NCBI GenBank assembly: GCA_032128115.1
Contig: JAQBHB010000040.1
Location: forward strand, 96,001 to 160,000
DNA from: Deltaproteobacteria bacterium
Lineage (GTDB): Bacteria > Myxococcota_A > UBA9160 > SMWR01
Direction: 5' to 3'
Length of the DNA stretch: 64,000 bases
Shown: one piece after another, positions 56,609 through 63,036 of the stretch
How positions within the stretch are numbered: position 1 is the stretch's first letter
How the letters are laid out: the number at the start of each line of letters is the position of its first letter
Program-made: the position numbers and the translations under genes
The notes under the pieces: model-generated
Seen by the model: the letters and a program-made list of their open reading frames with translations, nothing else
Told to the model about the DNA's origin: nothing
Database searches by the model: none

Positions 56609-57651
56609 TGGAAGGCGGGGAGATCCCCCTGCTCGATGCGCCGCGGCCCGAGCGGGTTCCGACCGCGGTGGAAGACTTCCTGCGATTGCTCGGGCGGCCC
56701 ACGGTGATCCACGTTCCCGGCCGCGATCGCACGCGCTGTCGCGTCGTGGCCACGCTGCTCCATGGCAACGAGCCCTCTGGCATCCGCGCCGTGCACGCCT
56801 GGCTTCGCAGCGGCAGCGAGCCCGCTGTGGACGTGCGGGTGTTCGTCGCGGCGATCGATGCGGCGTTGGCGCCACCGGGCTTTGCCCACCGGGCGCTTCC
56901 CGGACATCGCGACTTGAATCGCTGCTTCTTTCCGCCCTACGAGGGGCGCGAGGGCCGCATCGCCGCAGGCGCCCTGGCCCGGGTCCGCGAGGTCCGGCCC
57001 GAGGCGCTCATCGACCTCCACAACACCACCGGCCACAGCCCCGCCTACGGGGTCGCGTCCCGGGTGGGTGCGCCGGAGCGCGCCCTCGCGGCGCTGTTCG
57101 CCGACCGCCTGGTCCACAATTCGCTGCGCCTGTGTGCCCTGGTGGAGGCCACGTGCCTGGAGTTTCCGAGCGTCACCATCGAGTGCGGGCGCGCGGGTGA
57201 CGCGGACGCCGACGCCGCGGCGAGGGAAGGGCTCGAGCGCTTCCTACAGGCCGACCGCGTGGGCGTCGGGGACGAAACATCGCTTCAGATCCTGGTGGAT
57301 CCGGTGCGCGTGGCCGTACGTGCCGGCGCAACCCTGGTCTTCGGCGACAACCCGGATCCGTCGGTCGATCTCACGGTGGCGCGCGACCCCGATCGCCACA
57401 ACTTCGAGAGCCTGCCGCCAGGGACGCCCATCGGTTGGACCGGGGGGTCGGACGGGGGCTGGCCGCTCGAGGCCCACGGGGCCGACGGAGAGGAGGTCTC
57501 GAGGCGGCTCTTCTCGGTCGGGGACGGGGTGATCCGGACGCGGCGCGACCTGATTCCGATCATGATGACCGTCGACCCGGCCATCGCCTGCAGCGACTGC
57601 CTCTTCTACGCCGTGCGACGTCCGGAGCGGGGCACGAAGGCCCAGCGATGA
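56608..57651 (+). CDS. M14-type succinylglutamate desuccinylase/aspartoacylase family protein
   Basis: LHGNE, DLNR, DLHN, TIECG; TGATG coupling with the GCS2 gene. Confidence 0.87.
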   Translation: MEGGEIPLLDAPRPERVPTAVEDFLRLLGRPTVIHVPGRDRTRCRVVATLLHGNEPSGIRAVHAWLRSGSEPAVDVRVFVAAIDAALAPPGFAHRALPGHRDLNRCFFPPYEGREGRIAAGALARVREVRPEALIDLHNTTGHSPAYGVASRVGAPERALAALFADRLVHNSLRLCALVEATCLEFPSVTIECGRAGDADADAAAREGLERFLQADRVGVGDETSLQILVDPVRVAVRAGATLVFGDNPDPSVDLTVARDPDRHNFESLPPGTPIGWTGGSDGGWPLEAHGADGEEVSRRLFSVGDGVIRTRRDLIPIMMTVDPAIACSDCLFYAVRRPERGTKAQR

Positions 57652-57659
57652 TGTGAAAC

Positions 57660-57676
57660 CGGGGCAATTCGCCCCG
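57660..57676. promoter_or_regulatory. Palindromic activator (bEBP) site candidate
   Basis: cgggg-caattcg-ccccg, 38 nt upstream of the sigma54 element. Confidence 0.65.
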
Positions 57677-57714
57677 GCTGGCCGGCCAGCCAACGGTCGT
57701 GCTTCCGCTTTCAA

Positions 57715-57730
57715 TGGCACGCGAATTGCG
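57715..57730 (+). promoter_or_regulatory. sigma54 promoter (diiron operon)
   Basis: TGGCAC-GCGAA-TTGCG, essentially consensus. Confidence 0.85.
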
Positions 57731-57776
57731 TTCGTTGCGTCACACGCCGCCTTTGCAGCGTATCGAGGGGACCACC

Positions 57777-58652
57777 GTGGCCGACTTCCTCAAGGGCTTC
57801 TCCGTTCAACAGTGGCTCGAATCCGCGCCCCAGGGCTACCTGATGGGTACCGAGTACGGGCACGAGCACGAGGATGCCGAGCCCGAATTCCTCTTCACGG
57901 ATCCGCTGCTTCACGAGCAGGCCATCCGCACCATGGTGCAGCTGGTCGTGGGGGAGCGCTGCGCCCTGGCGGCGTCGTCCGGGCTGATCAACTCGGCTCC
58001 GGACGAGGCCAGCAAACGCTTCCTGGCCACCCAGACGCTTGACGAAGCCCGGCACGTGGAGGTCTTCACGCGCCGGCTCCTGGACCTGGGCGTGAAGCAA
58101 CGCGAGCTGGAAGACACCATCGACAGTCTCGCCAATCCGAATCTGGTGCGATTCGCCGAAGTCCTGCTGGAGAAGGTCTGGAATCGGGATTTCGTGGCGG
58201 GTGTGGTGGGCCAGAACATCGTGCTGGAGGGCATGGCCTTCAACGTGTTCGAGATGCTCAAGGCGAGCAACGACAACCTGAATCCCAAGTTCGCCCACAC
58301 CCTGGCGGGAACCATCGCCGACGAACGTCGCCACGTGGGCTTCGGCGAGAATCGGATCGGCTCGCTGATCCGCGAGCATCCGGAGCGACTCCCGGACATC
58401 GAGCGCATGCAGAAAGAGATGTCGTACTACATGCTGGCGACGTTTGCCGATTCGTTTCGCGATGCACCGGCCCAGGAGGAGATGAATCGCCTTCGGGGCG
58501 CCGGAGGCGCGCCGGCCCGCTGGCAGGGGGTGGCCCTCGATGCGTTGGAGCCTGCGCAGATGGAGGATCTCCTCAGCGACACGGTGCTCCGGGAGTTCAA
58601 GATCCGTCTGGGACGCATCGGGATCCAGTACCAGACGCCGGTGCGCCCATGA
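57777..58652 (+). CDS. Ferritin-like diiron-carboxylate protein A
   Basis: GTG with GAGGGG RBS downstream of the promoter; VGERCA, DEARH, VLEGMA, DERRH. Confidence 0.85.
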   Translation: MADFLKGFSVQQWLESAPQGYLMGTEYGHEHEDAEPEFLFTDPLLHEQAIRTMVQLVVGERCALAASSGLINSAPDEASKRFLATQTLDEARHVEVFTRRLLDLGVKQRELEDTIDSLANPNLVRFAEVLLEKVWNRDFVAGVVGQNIVLEGMAFNVFEMLKASNDNLNPKFAHTLAGTIADERRHVGFGENRIGSLIREHPERLPDIERMQKEMSYYMLATFADSFRDAPAQEEMNRLRGAGGAPARWQGVALDALEPAQMEDLLSDTVLREFKIRLGRIGIQYQTPVRP

Positions 58653-58687
58653 CGTGTCGGCCCGCCCATGACGTGTCGGCCATGACG
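58644..58687. repeat. 19-bp perfect duplication plus a partial third copy of the ATGA stop/start junction
   Basis: cgcccatgacgtgtcggcc x2 then atgacg. Confidence 0.92.
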
Positions 58688-59458
58688 GAGCCCGCGCGGG
58701 AATTGCACGACCTGGATCCTTCCGAGTTCAGGGACCAGGTGGGGACGTTCGAATTCTGGTTCGAGTCGATCCGGGGCTATCTCGACGGTCTCCAGTTCGG
58801 CCGCCGCCCCGAGACTCCCGAGGTCGAGTCCAGCGACGACGAGCGCGAGCATCTGATCACGGTTCTCTGCAACTACTGCGTAGGGGAGACCACGGCCCTG
58901 GAGGGCGCGGGCGGGTTGATCCAGATCGCTCCCAACCATGCGACCAAGGTATTCCTGGCGACCCAGGTGGCGGACGAAGGCCGTCACCTGGAGGTCTTGA
59001 TCCACCGCCTTCGGGAGCTGGGCGTGGCCGAGCCGGAGACCGAGATCGCCTGCCGAGCAAGCCGCAGCCTGATGAATTTTCGGAGCCGGGTGCTCGACTT
59101 CGTGCGCAGCGGAGACTGGCCGGCGGCCGTGTTCGCCCAGAATGTGATTCTCGAGTCGATGGAGTTCTCGGTGTTCCAGATGCACGCACGTCGCGCCGAC
59201 CCACGCACGCGGGAGCTGCTGCAGGGCATCGTGAAGGACGAGCGGCGCCACATCGGATTCGGAGAGAACGAACTGGGCGCGCGCATTCGCGAGAACCCCC
59301 GTCTCCGCACACGGCTCGTGGAAGTGCGCGAAGAGCTCGACAGCCTGGTGCTGGAGACGTTCCAGGAGTCCATGAACCAGATCCACTCCGACCGGGACGA
59401 TCGGATCGAGCTGGGCCGTGATTACCTCTCCACCGTCGAGAGGCTGGGGTTCGCGTGA
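58649..59458 (+). CDS. Ferritin-like diiron-carboxylate protein B (paralog of A); alternative start 58682
   Basis: VGETTA, FLATQVADEGRH, QNVILESME, DERRHIGFGEN align motif-for-motif with protein A. Confidence 0.85.
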   Translation: MTCRPAHDVSAMTEPARELHDLDPSEFRDQVGTFEFWFESIRGYLDGLQFGRRPETPEVESSDDEREHLITVLCNYCVGETTALEGAGGLIQIAPNHATKVFLATQVADEGRHLEVLIHRLRELGVAEPETEIACRASRSLMNFRSRVLDFVRSGDWPAAVFAQNVILESMEFSVFQMHARRADPRTRELLQGIVKDERRHIGFGENELGARIRENPRLRTRLVEVREELDSLVLETFQESMNQIHSDRDDRIELGRDYLSTVERLGFA

Positions 59459-59763
59459 CGGCGGGTGACCCGGTTCGCGAGCTCGCCGGGACCTCCGGGG
59501 CGGCGGCACCGCGGCGTCGCTTCGAGCTGGACGACCGCGGCTTCAACGAGGTGCCTCTCCGGTATCGTCGCTTCTATCGCCGCTGGGAAGGTCCGAACGA
59601 CGTCCTGGCGCCCAACGAGGCGCTGTGTCCGGTCTGCAAGATCGTGATCCGCTCGTCGCGGGAGCTTCGGCCCGGCGATCGCGTCTATTGCATGGCCTGC
59701 ATGACCCGTCTTACCGTGGTGGAGACCGATGCCGGAACTCTCGAAGCACGCGTCGTATACTGA
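59455..59763 (+). CDS. Small metal-binding protein with CxxC-x17-CxxC (zinc-ribbon/rubredoxin-like)
   Basis: GTGA overlap; CPVCKIVIRSSRELRPGDRVYCMAC. Confidence 0.75.
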   Translation: MTAGDPVRELAGTSGAAAPRRRFELDDRGFNEVPLRYRRFYRRWEGPNDVLAPNEALCPVCKIVIRSSRELRPGDRVYCMACMTRLTVVETDAGTLEARVVY

Positions 59764-59775
59764 GTCGTGTACTGA
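59752..59775. repeat. 12-bp duplication including the stop codon
   Basis: gtcgtatactga / gtcgtgtactga. Confidence 0.8.
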
Positions 59776-59803
59776 GGCAGGCGCGCTCGTTCAAGGTCGC
59801 CCC

Positions 59804-60229
59804 ATGGATCCGACGGAAACCGGACTTCGCTACCGCGTCAGGCGTGCCGTCCGTCAGATCGGCGAGCAACACCTGCACCTGCGGCCGATTTTGGCGGAGA
59901 TCCGCGCTGCGATCGGGCAGACCGACCCGCAGCGGGCGCGAGACGCGTTGGGCCGACTGCAGGTGGCCCTCGATGCGCACTTCCGACTCGAAGACCTGGT
60001 ATTCTTTCCCGCGCTGAATGGGCTGCGCCCTGGCTACTCGGAGGGGCTGGAGATGTTGAGCCGGGAGCACGTGGGCTTTGCCGACGCGCTTCGCCACCTG
60101 AACAAGCATCTGGAGCGCTCGGACCTCCCGGGCTTCGGCCGCGCCTTCGACGCGTTCGCGGGCTCTCTCGCGGAGCACGAACAACACGAGGAGCGCCTGG
60201 TCGCCGATGTGGTAGGGGAGCCGGCATGA
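59804..60229 (+). CDS. Hemerythrin-like (HHE) domain protein
   Basis: QH...HFRLED..FFP...EH...HEQHEE ligand pattern. Confidence 0.85.
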   Translation: MDPTETGLRYRVRRAVRQIGEQHLHLRPILAEIRAAIGQTDPQRARDALGRLQVALDAHFRLEDLVFFPALNGLRPGYSEGLEMLSREHVGFADALRHLNKHLERSDLPGFGRAFDAFAGSLAEHEQHEERLVADVVGEPA

Positions 60230-60675
60230 ACGGCTTTCGCACGATCCTGGTGCCCGTGGATTTTTCGGCCCACTCCGGGCGTGCGTTGGAACTGGCCATG
60301 GAGATGGCGAAGGCCTTCGACGGCCAGATCCACCTGCTTCACTGCTACCAGATCAACATGGGGGGCATCTCTCCCTATGGCCTGGCCCTCCCAGAGAGTT
60401 TCGACCGGGAGGTGCGCGCCGCGGCCGAGGCGAAGCTCGGTCAGTGGGCCGAGAGGGTGAAGGCAGCGGGCATCCCGGTGCACGGGCACGTTTCGCCCAT
60501 GTTTCCCGGCAGCGTGCTGTCGGCGACGGCCCGGGAGATTTCCGCGGATCTGATCGTGATGGGGACGCGAGGCCTCACGGGACTCAAGCATCTGCTGCTG
60601 GGAAGCGTGGCCGAGCGCACCCTGCACACGGCCCCGTGCCCGGTTCTCATGGTGAAGGCGTCCGAAGCCGGTTGA
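60226..60675 (+). CDS. Universal stress protein
   Basis: TILVPVDFS, ADLIVMGTRG, LGSVAE, APCPVL. Confidence 0.93.
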   Translation: MNGFRTILVPVDFSAHSGRALELAMEMAKAFDGQIHLLHCYQINMGGISPYGLALPESFDREVRAAAEAKLGQWAERVKAAGIPVHGHVSPMFPGSVLSATAREISADLIVMGTRGLTGLKHLLLGSVAERTLHTAPCPVLMVKASEAG

Positions 60676-60710
60676 GACCGGATCGAAGCGGTTTGCTTTC
60701 CGTCAGGCGT

Positions 60711-60890
60711 CAGGAATTCGACCACCGCGGGCCTTTCGATCGCATTCGCGATGCGTTGGCCGCCCAGTGGGTGCGGTGAGATCACCTTGGGTGCGGTGAG
60801 ATCACCTGGCTGGCGCCCGCAAGGCGCAATCCGCGGATGCCCGCGGCCGTCTCGGCGCGGGCATGGGTCCCGGTCCTGCTCGATCGCGGC
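60711..60890 (-). pseudogene. Remnant of a TrkA-N/RCK-type potassium channel domain
   Basis: Removing the 20-bp duplication gives HARAETAAGIRGLRLAGASQVISPHPLGGQRIANAIERPAVVEFL, matching the ARA...L..AGA..VISP...GG..IA....RP.V.EFL pattern of RCK domains. Confidence 0.65.
60768..60807. repeat. Perfect 20-bp tandem duplication
   Basis: tgggtgcggtgagatcacct x2. Confidence 0.95.
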
Positions 60891-60957
60891 GTCGATTGCG
60901 ACATGCAGCCTCGTCACAGCCACCGCGCTGTGAGCAACCGACCCGGATTCTGCTGGT

Positions 60958-61431
60958 TCAGTCGTCGTTCTCTAGCAGTCCCACCAGATCGAAGGTCGAG
61001 ATGATGCCGCGCAGGTGCCCGTCTTCGACCACCAGGACCCGGTGGATCCCATGGCTCCGGATCGTGCGCGCGACCTTCGCCACGGAATCGTCGGGATCCA
61101 CGCAGGCCACGTTCTCGGTCATGCACTCCGACACGACCCGCTCCCGCAGGCGGTCGATGAACCCATCCGGTGCATTCGCCCAATCGGGCCCGGAGAACTC
61201 CAGGAGATCGGCGAAGTATGCCGAATCCCCCCGCGCGTTCTCGTGTTCATCGGATGCGGCGCGGAGCAGATCCATGCTGGTGACGATCCCGAGCACGCGT
61301 CCGGCCTCGTCAAGCACGGGCGCCCCGTGGATCTCCTCCTCGAAGAACAATCGGTGCACGTTGGAGAGGGGGTCGTTGGGCGCCAGGGTGATCACCTGAG
61401 ACTGCATGATGTCTCGCGCGGTCGTGGCCAT
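60958..61431 (-). CDS. CBS domain pair protein
   Basis: AAGGAG RBS; ARDIM, GAPVLD..GIVTSMDLL, HRVLVVE..GIISTFDL. Confidence 0.92.
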   Translation of the reverse strand: MATTARDIMQSQVITLAPNDPLSNVHRLFFEEEIHGAPVLDEAGRVLGIVTSMDLLRAASDEHENARGDSAYFADLLEFSGPDWANAPDGFIDRLRERVVSECMTENVACVDPDDSVAKVARTIRSHGIHRVLVVEDGHLRGIISTFDLVGLLENDD

Positions 61432-61457
61432 GTTGCCCTCCTTTCGAGGGCCGGTAG

Positions 61458-61473
61458 TGCACGGGCTGTGCCA
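61458..61473 (-). promoter_or_regulatory. sigma54 promoter (CBS gene)
   Basis: TGGCAC-AGCCC-GTGCA. Confidence 0.75.
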
Positions 61474-61510
61474 TCTCGCCGGGCCCGTGGGAGCTGTGTG
61501 TCTTGTGCGC

Positions 61511-61548
61511 TGGGGCCGAATTCCCCGGTTGCGGGGCGGGCTGCCCCG
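61511..61548. promoter_or_regulatory. Two palindromic activator-site candidates 21 bp apart
   Basis: tgggg-ccgaatt-ccccg and cgggg-cgggctg-ccccg between divergent sigma54 promoters. Confidence 0.65.
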
Positions 61549-61597
61549 ATACCGGGAGTTTTCGCGTCTGGGGGCGCTCCGGGCGCACCGGGGCTCC

Positions 61598-61613
61598 TGG
61601 CACCGAACCTGCA
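61598..61613 (+). promoter_or_regulatory. sigma54 promoter (CBS fusion gene)
   Basis: TGGCAC-CGAAC-CTGCA. Confidence 0.75.
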
Positions 61614-61637
61614 AGTCCGGGTGAGGAGGAGATTTCC

Positions 61638-62387
61638 ATGGACGCCCACTCGCGCCGGGTTTCGGAAATCATGCAGACCGACGTGGTGACCTTGACGCCC
61701 GACGAAAGCCTCGATCTGGCCCAGGACGTGATGCACCTGGGGCTCTTGAGGCACATGCCGGTGCTGGAGGGGACACGATTGGTGGGGCTGGTTTCGAGCC
61801 GCGACCTGCTTTCGGCGTCGCTCACACGCTGTCTGGAGTTCGACAAGTCGTCCCGACGCGCGTTCATCCGCTCGATCCTGGTGAAGGAAGTGATGACGTG
61901 CGACGTCGTGACCGTGTCCCCGGACACCTCGCTTGGAGAGGCTGCCCGGCGCATCCTGCACGACAAGATCGGCTGCCTGCCGGTGGTTGGGAGTGATGGC
62001 ACGCTGATCGGGCTCGTCACCGAGAGCGACCTCCTGCGGGCGGCGTTGATCGAAGCCCCCCGTGCACTCGACGCAACCTGTGAGATCCCTGTGGGTGAAG
62101 GTGAACACCAGGAGGAAAGGCTGATGACGGACCTGGGAGACAAGATCAACGAAGAGGTCGAATCGCTCAAGCGCACGCGCGACGAACTCCGGGTGCAGAT
62201 GCACCTGGCCAAGGCCGAGGTCGTGGATCTCTGGGCCCGCACGGAGGAGAAGTTCCAGGACGTGGAGTCACGCGTGAAGCTCACCACCCGCGAAGCCAAG
62301 GCTCCGGCGCGAGAGGCGAAGAAGGCGATCCGCTCGCTGCTCCACGAGATCGGCGAAGGCTATCGGCGCATTCGCGAGGTTCTCTAG
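61638..62387 (+). CDS. CBS domain pair protein (AcuB-like) fused in frame to a coiled-coil module with its own RBS/ATG
   Basis: GAGGAG RBS; RHMPVL..GLVSSRDLL, KIGCLPVV..GLVTESDLL; internal AGGAGG-N7-ATG at 62124 starting MTDLGDK..RDELRVQMHLAKAE. Confidence 0.85.
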   Translation: MDAHSRRVSEIMQTDVVTLTPDESLDLAQDVMHLGLLRHMPVLEGTRLVGLVSSRDLLSASLTRCLEFDKSSRRAFIRSILVKEVMTCDVVTVSPDTSLGEAARRILHDKIGCLPVVGSDGTLIGLVTESDLLRAALIEAPRALDATCEIPVGEGEHQEERLMTDLGDKINEEVESLKRTRDELRVQMHLAKAEVVDLWARTEEKFQDVESRVKLTTREAKAPAREAKKAIRSLLHEIGEGYRRIREVL

Positions 62388-62408
62388 CTGCTCTAGCTGC
62401 TCTAGCTG
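62382..62408. repeat. 9-bp tandem repeat x3 including the stop codon
   Basis: ctctagctg x3. Confidence 0.92.
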
Positions 62409-62414
62409 CCGGGT

Positions 62415-62876
62415 TCAGCGGGTCTCGTAGGCGAACCGGATCAGATCCGCTTCCGTCAGCAGGCCCACCAGGTGCGCGCCGTCGACACTCGACTCGACCA
62501 CCGGCAGACACCCAAGGCGCAGCCGAGAAAGGCGCATCGCCGCCTCGGCGACCGACGCGTCCGGGCTCACGACTTCCGGCAGGTCCACCATGGCGTCACG
62601 GACCGCGAGGGCCCGCAGGCTCGCGTCGCGATCGCCTCCGCCGTGGCGCTCCAGGTACAGCGTCATCAGCTCCTGCAGGTCGCGGTATGAGACGACGCCC
62701 ACGAGAACGTCTCCGCTCGCCACCAGCACGTGCCGGAGCCGGGCCAGGCGCATGGTGCGATGCGCGCCCAGAAGGCTCTCGTCGGGAGCCACCGTGATGA
62801 ACGCCGAGCGCATGAGGTCTCGAACGACTCCGGACGGAGGCCGGGAGCGTCCGAGAGCGGCGGCGGAGCGGGGCAT
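62415..62876 (-). CDS. CBS domain pair protein (start uncertain)
   Basis: VRDLM, RHVLV..GVVSYRDL, LGCLPVV..GLLTEADL. Confidence 0.88.
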   Translation of the reverse strand: MPRSAAALGRSRPPSGVVRDLMRSAFITVAPDESLLGAHRTMRLARLRHVLVASGDVLVGVVSYRDLQELMTLYLERHGGGDRDASLRALAVRDAMVDLPEVVSPDASVAEAAMRLSRLRLGCLPVVESSVDGAHLVGLLTEADLIRFAYETR

Positions 62877-62889
62877 GGCGTCGGATCTC

Positions 62890-62905
62890 TGCACGCGGCG
62901 TGCCA
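62890..62905 (-). promoter_or_regulatory. sigma54 promoter (CBS gene)
   Basis: TGGCAC-GCCGC-GTGCA. Confidence 0.75.
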
Positions 62906-62943
62906 GCGCCGCCGGGGGCGACGAAGGCGTGGGAGGGCCGGAG

Positions 62944-62960
62944 CGGGGAATTCCGCCCCG
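62944..62960. promoter_or_regulatory. Palindromic activator-site candidate
   Basis: cgggg-aattccg-ccccg, 38 nt from the sigma54 element (same gap as at 57660). Confidence 0.65.
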
Positions 62961-63036
62961 CATGGGACCCGCACTGGGGCGGGCGGGCCTCCCGCAGCTT
63001 GACAGGCGCCTCCCACCGCCCAAGTCTTGTCGCCCC

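Noticed and set aside
57699..57776. Upstream starts (GTG 57699, ATG 57714) for diiron protein A
   Set aside because: They lie upstream of or within the consensus sigma54 element; GTG 57777 has an RBS and fits the predicted transcript.
59455..59763. LysW-type amino-group carrier protein
   Set aside because: Zinc-ribbon spacing is similar, but the C-terminal EDWGE with terminal Glu is absent (ends RVVY) and there is no LysX-type ATP-grasp ligase in the window.
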